In this document: in pieces, positions 47,663 through 60,892 of the stretch
Layout: each line of letters opens with the position of its first letter
Position numbering within the stretch: position 1 is the first letter of the stretch
NCBI GenBank assembly: GCA_028534125.1
Contig: CM052816.1
Span: 16,928,001-16,992,000 of the forward strand
DNA length: 64,000 nucleotides
Reading direction: 5' to 3'
Origin: Lama glama
Taxonomy: Eukaryota
Translations under genes and position numbers: made by a program
The notes under the pieces: generated by a model
Told to the model about the DNA's origin: nothing
The model's database searches: none
The model's input: the letters and a program-made list of their open reading frames with translations, nothing else

Positions 47663-48456
47663 AAAAAAGTGAGTTGTGTACAGAGAGGTTGAATGCTTTT
47701 AGACAAGAAAAAACTAGAACGAACTTACTTATCATCATCTTCTTCATCTTCTTTCTCTTCCTCATCTCTTCATCTTCCTTCTTTTTCTTGCTTTTTTCAG
47801 TCTTGATGGCTCCCTTTTTTCCTGCTTAGGCCTATGCAGCAATATCTTTCTTCAGTTTAGTAATCTTTTCAGAAGTATGCTTGTCATCTGCAGCAGTGTT
47901 GGTCCACATTTCTCCCAGTTTCTTTGCAGCATCACCAGTGGATAGGCCAGGAAGTTCTCTTTTGATTTGGGGGCAATAGTCAGAACAAGACAAAGACTGA
48001 AGCAGCCTCTTAGTTACATTAGAATCTTTGAACTTCTTTTTTGTTCCCCCTTTAGTCCGTCCATCTGTCCTTCCTTCCTTCCTTCCTTCCTTCCTTCCTT
48101 CCTTCCTTCCTTCCTTCCTTCCTCCCTTCCTCCCTTCCTTCCTTCTTTCCTTCCCCCATTCCTTCCTTCTCTGCCTTTGATGTATCTTCAAAGTTTTCTT
48201 TCTCTTTAACAAACACGGTCTTCCATCTCTTTGGGCATTTTTGGAAAACTTTGAGAAGGTGACTGAAGCATCTGTGTACTACTTCTTGTGCTCTTCCTGG
48301 CAAGTTTGCACAAAGAGTGCTGCTCAGTCTCTTAGGATGTTCTTTCCCATGTTCAGTTATTTTTCCTCTCTGAGTCACAGAGTCATCCAGTGCCTATCTG
48401 GCTCTCACTTGTCCTGGTGCTGTCTCTATGAAGCTCAGTGTATTGCAATGGCTGTC
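47663..48456 (-). pseudogene. HMGB1: HMGB1 processed pseudogene, 5' part (5'UTR, disrupted CDS 48350-47725, start of 3'UTR)
   Basis: Intronless; KKKFKD...[24 protein letters not shown], acidic-tail codons, HMGB1-like 5'UTR (gaggaaaaataactgaacATGG); frameshifts and a stop. Confidence 0.92.
48067..48170. repeat. (CCTT)n microsatellite inside the HMGB1 pseudogene
   Basis: Direct inspection. Confidence 0.95.
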
Positions 48457-48784
48457 GATCTAGGATATGATTTTAATGATGATATAACACTAAGTAATAG
48501 AAGGCTGATGTAAGATATCGCTTTTTTTTTAAGTTTGAGAAGTAAGACATGGAATTTTAGTTATGATATTTTCCCTAGTCTAGATCTAGATACATAATTA
48601 ATGCATAGTTCAGACAGTTTAGTTTAAAAAGTGTAAGTATAATAAATAATTACAAATTTCTTCTGCTCTCCAATGGTAGAGCATTCCTATGAAAACTTTT
48701 ATAAGCTAAAAGTGTGTAAAGTGAAGAATCTTTGTACATATCTTCCTAACAGATGCACACAGTAAATTGAGATAAATCCTAGAT

Positions 48785-50760
48785 GTTGTAAATGTCATTA
48801 TTTTATTCTTTTTAAGGCTGAGTGGTAATTGTGTATATATACCACATCTTCTTTATCCATTCATCTGTCAGTGATATTTAGGTTGTTTCCATGTCTTGGC
48901 CATTGTAAATAGTGCTGCTATGAACGCTGGGGCTCATGTTTCTTTTTGAGTTAGTTTTCTCCAGATATATGCTCAGGAGTAGGATTGCTGGATCATATGG
49001 CAACTCTATTTTTAGGACTTCTTTTTTTTTTTACAGTACTGAACTGTATTTATTAATAGTATAAGTTTACATCATCTGTTTACAGGATGAATCATCTGTC
49101 AGTATCTACATAGATATTGTCTCATATGACACAAACACTGCAGATGTTATGTATTAGTAACACTAAACATCAAAAATGGAAAGATAATGTGAAAAAATTC
49201 ATAATTATTTACAAGTGTAACAATTCATGCATTGGTAACAAAGCAGCAGCAATATGATTCTTTATGGTGGCCTAGCATCATTGATATGATTGCTTCATGG
49301 TAGCCTAGCCTATACGCTAATAAATGAATCATTGTAAAATGTTCATGGCATGTCATATTACAGACATATTCATAATACACTATTAGAAACACTGTTACAT
49401 TTTTTAAAAATCACTTCTCTGTGATCATAGGCTAACAAGCAATTTCTCCAATTACAAGAGAGAAAGACATACTGTATAGTAATGTAATTCTTTGAAAGCA
49501 AAGTTATAAAACAGTAAGAAAACTAACACATTAATTTTATATTAAATATCACTCACCTTCCACCTGTGTAAGGATAGGCTCCAACTTTAATACAAGTCTT
49601 GCACATGATGTTCTACGTGATGAACACTTAGGGATGATGATGATAGCGCAAAATGTCTACACAGTTACTGCCCCAAAGTTGCTAGATTTTCACATGAGCA
49701 CACAAACACACACATTCACAACAAATAAGTTTACTATGTGGCATGGTGTTTACTTACTATTCATTAAATGGATGTGGACCATCATAAAGGTCTTCATCCT
49801 CATGTCTCCACACTGAGTCAGCTGAGGAGGAGGTGTGGGTGTTGTTGTCTTGGGGGACAGAAGTGGAGGACATGGAAGGGGAGGCAGGAGAGGCAGGCAC
49901 ATTTGGTGTAACTTTATGGAAATATATTGTAGTTTCTGTATGACTTTTCTGCTTTTTCACTTCTCTTTTGCTTTATGTTTCAGTGTCTGTATCATAGAGG
50001 AACCATGCTGTAAAAGCCCTCAAAAGCAATCTTGAATTATTGGAAGGCTTCTGTTTGTCTGATGTCAATTTGTTTCCTGGCATAGTTTCTTCTATGACTT
50101 CCTCATGGTTCAGAAGCACTCATCTCTATCAAGTTGTCATCTTTTTTTTTTTTTGTACTTTATGTATTTATTTTTTATTGAAGTATAGTCAGTTTACAAT
50201 GTTGTGTCAATTGTCGTCTATTATCAATTGTCGTCTGTTAGCCCTTGAATTTATGGTAGTAAATGATAAAATAGAGTCATATCCACGTATATTTTATGCA
50301 TTCATTGCATATCTAATTTTTTCTGAACTTTTTCTGAATTTTTAGGTTACTATGTGTGTTTTTTCAAATTGTCAAAAATATTTTTGAAAAATTCTCCAAT
50401 ATATTTACTGAAAAAAGTCCATGTATAAGTGGACCCATGTAGTTCAAACCCTGCTGTTCAACGGTCTCTATTTTTAGTTTTTTAAGGTACCTCCATACTG
50501 TTCAGTGGTTGCACCAATTTACATTCCCACCAACAGTGTAGGAGGGTTCCCTTTTCTCCACATCCTCTCCAGCATTTTTTGTTCGTAGACTTTTGAATGA
50601 TGGCCATTCTGACTGATGTGAGGTGATACCTCATTGTAGTTTTGATTTGCATTTCTCTAATAATTAGCAGTACTGAGCATCTTTTCATGTGCCTGTTGGC
50701 CATCTGGATGTCTTCTTTGGAGGAATGCCTATTTGGGTCTTATGCCTATTTTTTAATTGG
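48785..50760 (-). mobile_element. L1 ORF2 3' fragment split by a Tigger2-derived insert (L1 parts 48785-49015 and 50466-50760)
   Basis: ORF 50482-50703 (KTTMRYHLT...[18 protein letters not shown]); the two L1 halves are contiguous. Confidence 0.85.
49016..50465 (-). mobile_element. Tigger2-derived sequence with poly(A) end
   Basis: Minus strand starts accgttgaacagcagggtttgaactacatgggtccacttata (Tigger2 left end); internal gaggatgaagacctttatgatg motif. Confidence 0.75.
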
Positions 50761-53700
50761 ATAGTGAAGTATCCTCATTAGTCAAGATATACCACTTTAT
50801 TTAGTTCCTTTTTCCAGGACTCAAAGAGACCAAAGAAGAAAGCAAGCCAGCATGGAGCTCTCTCATAACTTGGGACTAAACAGAAGTTTAGATTTTTCTT
50901 TACTTCCTTAGAAGTTTAGATCTGGAATGGGATCTAGAAGCCCCCCTCTTCTCAGTCATCTTAAACTTAGCCAAGGACATGGTACATGTCTAATCTGGGT
51001 GTACCTACCTCAGCTTCTATTTGAGGGGTTTTGGAAAGTAAAATAATGTTTGGAGAGCCCAGGGAAATAGTATCTGCCTTGGCTTAAGAGTACCACAGAT
51101 TAGCTTGATTTGAAAGTCTCAAAGATACTTTTGAGAAGTACATCCATCAGTCAGAAATAGTGCCACTTCTCTCTTGTAATTAACTCTGTATAAGAACTGT
51201 TTAGATTAAACTTTCATTTTTCATTCAGAGATGGCTCAGTTCCTCTTTGTTTGCTACTTCTTTGACTTCAGGTGCTTTTCTTGGGTTCTACTTTTGTTAG
51301 CTCCCTTACTAATAACATTCAGTGTACTAACTTTGCACCGTTAATTTAAAATCTATAATTACTTTCCAAAAGTTAATTATATCTCATGAATTCCCTGGCT
51401 TATGAGAGCTTTTAACAGAGAAGTTTATTTTTAAAGGTAGAGTCCAATGATTTCTGGCAATTTCAGACAAAGATTGCAAGGGAGATAGCTTTCTCCCACC
51501 TCATCAAACAACATGACTGTAAAAAAAAGATCTTTGTGTAACAGTCGTGCATAGATTTCCTATTAAATTAAGTAGACCCTTTAGTCCATTGGACAGGGGA
51601 GATGACTAAATAAAATGATATTGTCTGTTCCTTTCCTGCTTCCAAGGTAACCCAGAAAGTTATCTCCCCCATCCAAAGCAAAGGTTGATGACACTACTGT
51701 GATTGATGCCTTTTGTTCCCAGACCAAATTGTTTTTTATAACCTACCCCCTGCCAGCACTTTCCAAACTGCCACTGCCATCAGCTCCAGAGGGAGCCCCT
51801 TCCTCAGGCTTCCTGGCCAGCAGCTGCACTGTGATGGCAGGGAGCTCGGAATGGGAGGAGAAAGCAGCTTGCAGACAAATGGGCAGCTAATCCGACCAAA
51901 ACCCAACACTAGAACCATAAAAAAAATTCCTCCCCTCCACCCCTCCTCCTTGGCTCATATGCATTTCTTGGCTGAAGTGGGGCTGGAATGCTCCTTGGAA
52001 GAGTTATGGCTTCACATGGTCTATCAAAGCAACCTCAATTTTTTTCCCTTTTTTTTTCTTTCTCAAAACAATTCTGCTTAGCCAGCCTGATATTGTCAAA
52101 TCACTACAGACCTTACAGGTATTAAAAGGACAATAAGGGAATATTATGAACAATTTTTTGTGAATAAATTTGACAATTTAAGTGAGATAGACAAATCCTT
52201 TTCAAGACACAGCTACCAGCAATGTGTTGGTATAATTTCTGTAATTTCTGGATCTTTTTAAAAACTTTGTCATCTTTATTTGGATCTCTTACTGTTCAGC
52301 TTTTTAATTTTGAAGCAGCCCTACTGAATTTACTTAATTAGCATTCTCAACTGTTCTATAAAATCTGGTAATTTTTTAGCACAAGTTTTCTAATTTTGGG
52401 TTAGAGAGGGTTAAACTATTTTATAAGAATAAGCATCTCAGGGGTTAATAAATCTTATTTTAATCAGGATTATAAAATCCTGATCCTTCTGGGTGGCCTT
52501 TATGTTGGGGCCAGAATGACAACCACTCTATCTTTATCTAGTGTTCCTAGTCCTTGAGAATGTGAGAACATTTCAAGGAGTCTTTAGCATATACATGTGC
52601 ACCATAAAATAGTTAGACACGGACCAATATAAAACAGTCAATCTACAATGAGGTTGAAGGTTTGGAAACAAGCACATCCTTTTCAGTGGTGCTTGCTTTT
52701 ATAATGTGTCATTTAGCAAATGGACTGTGAAGAATTAGTCATGCTAAACTTCTAACCATCTGATGACTGGCTACAGACTAAACATCCCAGTTGAAAATTT
52801 TTAGACTTTAAAGCTTCAGTTTTTTCTTTCAAAGTTCAATTAAAATAAAATACTTTATCTACTAGAACCCCCAAGTTCTAGCCTAACTTGTTTGTACCTT
52901 TCAGAAATACAAGTTCAACACGTAAGTAGCAAACCATTATGAGTTCCTTCATGCCCATCAGTGGTGGTTTGATAAAATGGAATATTTGAAACCATTGTGA
53001 TTTTTGTGGAGAAACACAATACACTGAATTAAGTCAAAATATAATATTGTTAGGTCCATTGGTGAAATCACATTGTTACATTCCTCTTTCTGTTGCTAAT
53101 ATAGTAGGGCCCAACCTGAACACACTATGGAATATAGGAAACGAGACAATTTGTCTAGCTTCTTGTGGGTCTGAGTGCCCTCAGCCTGCCCTCAGCTCTT
53201 CAGTAGTTAACTGGGTCTGAGGCCTGACCTGGGCTCTCCTGTCTCCATTCTGGCCTTTTCACTGGATTTCATACCCTTGTATCTTCTTAGAATAATTTTC
53301 TTCCTCCTTATAGCTCTGTTATTTTAAAAGTCTCTTCATCTTTTTTCCTGCTCTCATCTTGACTGTTTTCCTGTATCAGTGAGTTTAGTATTCTTCACCT
53401 CTACATAAAAAGCTATAAAGATTTTGATATATCAATTATATCTCAATACAATTTTAAAAAAGATTTTGAAATTATGAAGCATGTCGCAGAGTGAAAGAGT
53501 TAAAAAACAGTGTGCTAACATGTTTTTTTTCCTGTTCTAGTTGTTCAGGGGACTCAAATAGGCATTGTCTGTACTGAAAACAGGTTTCCTACTTCCACAG
53601 TAGCTAGGTTTGAAATTAATTCTCACTGCTTCATGACAGTCAACAAATACTTATTGAGTATCTTGTGTATATGTAATATGGTGAGAAAATATTTCATATT

Positions 53701-54054
53701 TGTTAATCTGGCATTAAGGGCTCCCACAGACTGGCCAGTGCTTATTTTTCCTAACATATCTCCCCATATCTTTCCTTTTGGGTGCTGCTCTAGCTAAAAT
53801 GGTCTGTTGTTCACCGTGCTCATTCCTAACTTTGTACATTTGCTAAAAGCCATTCTCTTCCTTTACTCTGCTTCCCTATATCGCAAACACTGAAGACTTA
53901 TACAATGCTTACACAATTCCTAGCCTAGGAGACAATTTACTATAATTTTGCTCTAATACATGCTTGTCTCTGGTGCCTATGAACCACTGACGCTTAATTT
54001 TTTATTTCTTTGGTGCTTAATAATAAACTCCTTTGCTATAATATACTGGACAAT

Positions 54055-54310
54055 ATGGTGAAATGGTTTAGCATTTGGCCTTTGGAAACAGTAAAACAGT
54101 TCTGTGTCATAAACTCCATGAGTTCATAGCTCTGTAACCATGGAAAAATTGCTTAATCTTTCTGAGTCTGTTTACTCATCTATAAACTAGGGATGATAGT
54201 ACCTACCTTACAGGGTTGTTGTAAGGATTAAATGTGATAATATATGTAAAATTACCTAAGAGTGCCTGGTGGCACAGAGTAAACACTCAGTTAATGTTAG
54301 CCATTATTAT
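54055..54310 (+). mobile_element. MIR SINE
   Basis: MIR core cttaatctttctgagtctgtttactcatctataaa...agtacctacctta...gttgtaaggattaaatg. Confidence 0.8.
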
Positions 54311-57299
54311 TTACCTCATATCTTTTTTTAAACTTATTTATACATGGATTACATTCCCATATTAATGGAAGGATTACTCTCTATTGTTACCTATTATGTG
54401 CCAAACACTGTGCTGAGCTCTTTCACTTATGTTATCTTATTTAATTCTCACAACAATCTTGAGGTTAAAGTGATTTGATATAGTGGCCACATCTGGGAAT
54501 TATTAGAGCCAGGGTTTTGAACTTAGTTATATTTGGTTCCAAAGACTTTCTGTTATTTTACGGTGCTTTTTCACAGATGTAGGAAACTTCTTGTTTTTCT
54601 CATAGGGCCAACTAAGTATTGTGTACAAACCAAATTCATTCACTTAATAGATTTATTGTGTATAAATAAATGAAGTGGAAATTGGAGCTTTACTCAGTTT
54701 ATGCTCTTGCTTTTTGTGGCTGACAATCATAGGTTCTCTTCTTCACTCAGAAAGTGCTTCCAAATCCCTTTTCATTCTTCATATTACTAAAAGCACTAAT
54801 ATATTTATTTATACTTACACTATATGCTCTTGCTCATCTGCTTAAAAAAGAACTTTACTAATTAATTTTAAACCACCTAGTCCAACCCCTTTATTTATAG
54901 TTGAGGCAAATGAGGCTCAGTGTATCTAAGAGACATGCCCAAGGCCACACATGAAGCTAATGACTGGCTTGTACTCAGAGTGCAACTCATTATGCCAGGA
55001 GCCCCTTGAGAAGAAGCACTTGAAAATATTGTCATCAGCAGTTAAAAACCTCCACCTGCCATCTTTTTTGTGGTGGTAATTTCATAGTAAATCCTTTAAA
55101 AATATAATGTACAAATAAGCACAAAATTCAAACTAGTGAAATCTAATCATAAGACTATGTACATGAAGAACATCTGACTCTTGCTATTTTACAGGCTGTA
55201 TATTTCTAGAAACCAGAAGTGGTTCTAATTTATTCTGCATGACAATTGGCATGGGATATCTTATGAAGGCAAGGACTGTCAGGATAGAAAAGCTTAGAGG
55301 CTCAGGATAGAATTTTAGAATTTGAAAAAAAGAATTTGTGAATATCTACTGCAATCTAATCAAATCTTTCCTTCTTTTTTATAATAAAGATTTTGAAGCT
55401 CAGAAAGTGGTTTGCATGGCATTACAGTAAAATCTGTGGCAAAATCAGCAGCACTTTTCCTACAATGCCAAATTGCTTCTCTTGATTACCTCAAAATTAA
55501 ATTGTGTTGCTTGTCACAGAAGGTTGCAGGAATAAATCCTTTTGGAAAAATGTAAGACAACCTCCAGGAAACTAAAATTAAACATTACCTTAACCTCCTT
55601 TTGGAACATTGCATGTGCAGATTTTCTTGGCTTTTTGATAGTTCTTATATGTTACTGGCAGAATTGTTTTTTCACTAGCAACATCAGAATTCAGAGAGAA
55701 AAACTGAATTATCTCAGCTAAATGGGAACATTGAAAAGCTCCAGATTGTGATCTATTCTAAAGTGGCCTCAAATTTTCTGCAAATTCTGGACATGGAGAT
55801 GAATCAGAATGGGCTTAGATAATTCTCTAAGAGAATCAACAATTCTTTTCTAATGTCTTAGCCATAGAGACAATAAAAATGCCTGGCTGTTCAGTAGAGC
55901 TTTAATATTTTCATCCTCACCGTTTTCTTTAGGTTGTGGATTGTGTAGGGACACCTATTGGGGCCCAGGATTTGAGATAAATTTTGTATTATTATCAATG
56001 TTTAAGGAAAACTTCATTCTTCCCAGTTGGTGTTTGTATAGATTCCAGCCAGATTTTTTTCTGCCACACCATACTACTCAGTCTGGTTCTAAAGAAATCA
56101 GGATGAGAAGATGACAGTCAACACATGGCCCAGTGCGGAAGTACCTTCATACCCTCAGCTCAGCCCTGTCCTTCAAACTCCGGAGATTATTTAGAGTTAA
56201 CTCCAGGATGCTGGTGAGTGTGGGAAGCTCCTGAAGAGGGGGTGAGGAGTGGGAGGATGCCAGGGGTCTAAAATATCTTATGAAGCTCCCTGCCAAGCTG
56301 GCCTAGGATTAACCCATCCTTTCCCAGCCAGAGCTGACCCAGCTGTCTTGCTTTCCTGGGGCCTCTCATGTTAATCTATGGAATTGACCAACTGAGTTTG
56401 ACCATGACTGGTTTTGTTTTGCAAAACAAAATTGGTAAGGCAGGCCTCATGCTGACTAACTGAATGGTGTCATCAACCCAATTCAAGGGGTGCCACAAAA
56501 GCAAGGAAATGAAACTTCAATTTCCTCCTCATGTTAAATGATAGCTTATCATACCAATTATGACCCTTATGCAGCTCAGGGCAAAGTATTTTATTGCTTT
56601 TTTTGTGAATAGCCATAAACCAATCTCTTCTTCCACTTTTTCCTCTCCCACCCCCACCCCACACCTGATTAAGGCTCATTGGAATGGCCTGTTCTCTATT
56701 GTCAATGGTCAGAGAACCAAAGCCTTCTTTTTTATCCCCACCAACCTGTCATTTTACCTTTATTCTAGGAAGCATAAGATTTGTTTTAAAGCAAAACAAA
56801 ACAAGCAAACAGATATGGCTGGGGGAAGCCATTCTGGCTTCAGAGCACCCTTGTAGTGTTCAGCTCCTCTTACTACTTGGATGAGCATGCTTCAGTGCCA
56901 GGCCAGGCAGATGCTGGTTGCTTTCATCCTTATGGTCCCACTGCCCCTGTACACACTTGTACTAGAATGTTTATTACACTACATTATTATGGGCACAGGT
57001 GTGCTTTCCTTCTTGATAGGGAGGGACTGTGTCCCTTCATCTTTACGTCCCAGACAGGCACCTCGCATAGTCCATGACCCATAGAAGGCATTGACTGAAT
57101 TAATAGATTGATGGAGGCCTCCAGCAAAGATTAGTTCATCTATTTCCCTACCTGCCAGCAAGTCTGTACCTATCTATTCATAGAATCAAAAAGAGTTTCA
57201 GTTGTTCAGCTTCTTCATTGGGCACTTGTGGACACCAATGGGAGTGGTGTGGTGTTTCTTTGGTTTTGGACCTATGCCCTCTACTCTTCACTTCCTACT

Positions 57300-58415
57300 C
57301 CTCTTAGGGATTCTCACTTACTCCCATGGCTTCAGAAACTATATTGGCAGCTTCTAAATTTGCATCTCCATCTCAAATTTCTTCTCTAGTTTATTTAGCT
57401 ATTTTCCTCAGGCTTAATGACCAATTGTCTGCTTGATGTTTCCACTTGAATATCTCAGAAAAATTTGAGTTAACATGCTTGAGTGTAGCTCTAGAGTCTC
57501 ATCTTCCTATTAGCTCTAACTTGTTCCTCTCTTATTTTGCCTATGCCCATAAACGGTACCATCTGCCACTCAGTTACTATAGCTGGAAAATGGGAAGTCA
57601 TCCTAGATCCCTCCCTTTCTCTCACCCACCACATCCAATCCATCAGCAAATTTTTACTGCTTCCACTTTTGTACAAACTGCCCATCTTTCCTCTTCCCTC
57701 TGTTCACTTTAGTCCCAACCTTAGTCTAAGCCATCATCAGCTCTTGCCTGGCTTAATACAATTGCCTTCTTATCTTCAGGCTTCCACACTTGCCTCACTG
57801 TGAGTCCATTTTCCATATAGCAGCCAGTATGAGTTTCCTTACAAAGTAAATAGGATCCTATAAACCCCTAGCTTAAAATCTTTTAATGGCTTTTAATTTC
57901 TCTGAAACAAAATTAAGATGTTTTACTGTGACCCACTGGCTCTTGGATGATCTGGCCCCTGCTTACTTCTCAAAGTTCATCTCATGCCACCACCTGCAAA
58001 GCATGCTCTAGTTATATCAAATTTTTATCAGTTCCTGGAATTTTCCAAGTTCTTTTCTGCTTTGGGCCTTATTGCTTGTTAATGCTTCTCTCTGAAATAT
58101 GCTTTCTTACAGCTCTTATAACTGGTTCCCATTCACCCTTTGGGTATCAGTTTAAATGTCAACTTCATAGAGAGCCTTCTTTGACTTTTTTTCTTAAGAT
58201 GTTGCTACCTTATTATAAGAACCCTACTTATTTCCACCATGACACTTATCTCAATCTATAATAATCTATTTTTAAAAACTTGTTCATTGTATGTGTCCTC
58301 CATTAAAATGCTGGTTCCGTGAGGGCAGAGACCTCGTCAAGGTCATGAACTTCTGAATCCCTTGCATTAGTGCTATGCCTGTAACAATAAATACTTATTA
58401 AATGAATGAATGGAT
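57300..58415 (+). mobile_element. L2 LINE 3' region
   Basis: ctcccatggcttca, cttgaatatctca, catccaatccatcagcaa; ends caataaatacttattaaatgaatgaatg. Confidence 0.75.
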
Positions 58416-60758
58416 GAAGTGAGTTATAAATAGGAGGACTATATAATTATCATCAAACAGGACACTTTTTGCAGTGAAAGGAGGCACAATTACAATTATA
58501 CTTGGGACAGCAGGCGTAAACCGTGAAGTAACAGAAAGAGCCCTGGGTTTCTAGAGATAACAGAAATCCAAGGTGACTCTGATTTTGTACCTTACAACAT
58601 TTTTATTCAGGTGAAGCCAAGTTAAGGTGACTATCAAGGAAGGGAAGAAGGGTTACATGCCATAAAGTGTAATACAGCTTGGGGAATGCGCTGAACTTTT
58701 CCTTGGGCTTAAGTGGTAATAGTGTGTTTAGGAACCTCTAATATTCTTTTCTTTCCTTCTCTATATACTTTTTAACTTTTTAAAACATCACATATCACAT
58801 CCAAGCCTTCCCTCATCAGTTACTTGTCTGTGTTACCGCCCAGCTGGATGGTCCTGAGAATAGTTTGGACCACTCTCCCCACCCCCAGGAGCCAAGGACC
58901 TAGGAGTTGCTTGAACCTGGCATTAGGAGACCTGAAGAACTGAAGTGTATCCTCACCTTAACCTTTAACTAGGCAAATGGCCTTGGGCAAATTTTTTTCC
59001 TCTTCTCTCAAACCTCTCTCAAATTGAGAGGTTTGCAGGAGATGACTTCTAAAGTCTTTTCCATTTCTGAAATTCCATGACCTCTTACACCACCTTTAAG
59101 CAAAATTGGTTAATGTCTGGAGAACACTAATCACTGACCAAATGCAGAGTGTTGTGAGAGGCTTGCAGAGGCACTAAGAGGGGTAACATGGTCCCACTTT
59201 CAAGGAGGAGACTTGTCAGCCCTATTGTTGAAATGTAGTGAGGCAGTGGTATTTAGATTTTATCAAGTAAAAGAGGCAATTTCAAGAGAAGATAGCCTTA
59301 AAGAGGGAGTATCTGAAATTGGGGAGGCAAAGATACTTCAGGGAGGGAAATGGTCTCACCTGGGATACAAAAGTTGCATGGGAACAGTGTATGCAAGGAA
59401 CTGTCATAACCTAATCTAGCCGAAACTGAGGAAGGAGTGGGTAAAATTGGAAAAGCCAGGGAGTAGCAGTTACCTCTGGCAAGGACAGTGAGCTGGAGGA
59501 AGAAGAGAGTGAAGATAGTATTTACTTTTTGGTTATTCTAAATTTTTTGAATTTTTTATAGAAAAAAATGTTTTTAATGTTTATAGTAAGATACTGTCAA
59601 GTTTAGGAGACTTGAAATGTCAAGCCAAAGAATTGGGATTTTATTCTCTAGGACACTGCAAAAAAATCTTTTTTTAATCAGATAGTGATGAAATGGATAT
59701 AGTGTATTAGTAAGATAAGTATGGTAACAATGGGTTAGGTGGAGACTTACTTGAAAGGAAAAATGTCAATTATAGAGTTAGTGCAAAATTCAGGTACAAG
59801 ATACAACTGTTCTAGTCCGGAGTGAAGGCAAAGGTAATATAGAGGAGGGGACAGATTTGGAGGACAAACCAAAGGAAGATGACTGAACATGAATGGTGGA
59901 GCAGAGGGAGGAGTCAGGGATGACTCAGGAGTAAACCTCAGTCACTCGCAGTTTTATTAGATTACTGATGGAAGCAGAGGAATCATAAGAGAAAATCACT
60001 TCTGTCACCCAAGTATAAATAGCCAGTGAAATATTAGAGGTGTTGTGCCTAGAGCTTGCACAGAGTTGGAGATTTCAGAGTCATCAGCACAGGAAAAAAC
60101 AAAAAACAAACAAACAAAAAAACACAACAAAACTGGAATTTTAGAGCAACTAAATGCTTCATGGGTGAGAGCAGAGAAGGAAGCGGGTCCTGATTGTTAA
60201 TCCCATGTTCTTGCCCCTGCACCACCACAAACCCTAAGCAGAGGAGGACCTTGACAACTGAGGTCCCAAATGATGCAGCTGGGAATCAAGGCTACTGGGC
60301 TAAAATGAAGGGGTTAGAAATGAACTTGGACTATGGAGAATGCAAGCGGGGCCTGATGGGTCAATCAAAGCTCTTTGACAGCCAAGAATAGGTAGATTCT
60401 TCAGATACTTGAGGGCAAAGACGTGATACGGCAATTGAGGCTTGAGAGGTGTTTCTAGCTCACACCCCACCTAAGTCCTCACAGAAACCCAAAGCTGGTG
60501 AATTTGAAGATGGTCTGGGAAAAAGAGGATGAGAGAGAACTAGTGGAAAACTGGAGTAATTAGGGTTATTCAGCTTGGAGAAAAAGAGTGTTTGAAGGCC
60601 TGAATCCATAACGAGAAATCCTAGATGATTTGACAGACTTAAAATACAGCAGTGATGATTTAGGTTAGGCATGCAGCAGTTGTCCTAATAGGTGCTTATT
60701 CCATGTAGGGAAGTACTGGCTTCCCTCTCCCTGATGGTCTTTCAAAACAGAATGTACA

Positions 60759-60892
60759 GGGGGAGGATATAGCTCAATGGCAGAATGCATGCCTAGCATG
60801 CACAAGGTCCTAGGTTCAATTCTCAGTACCTCTATTAAATAATTAACTTAATTACCTCACCCCATAAAAAAATTCAAAAACAAAACAAAAAC
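60759..60892 (+). mobile_element. tRNA-derived SINE (vic-1-like) with TSD
   Basis: A-box tagctcaatgg, B-box ggttcaattc, A-rich tail; TSD aaaacagaatgtaca / aaaaccaggatgtaca. Confidence 0.88.

Noticed and set aside
47832..48378. ORFs with KEGR repeats fused to an HMG box as a novel protein
   Set aside because: Translation of the (CCTT)n expansion within a frameshifted HMGB1 retrocopy
60759..60832. tRNA-like sequence as a tRNA gene
   Set aside because: A-rich tail, TSD, several diverged copies and degenerate stems indicate a SINE
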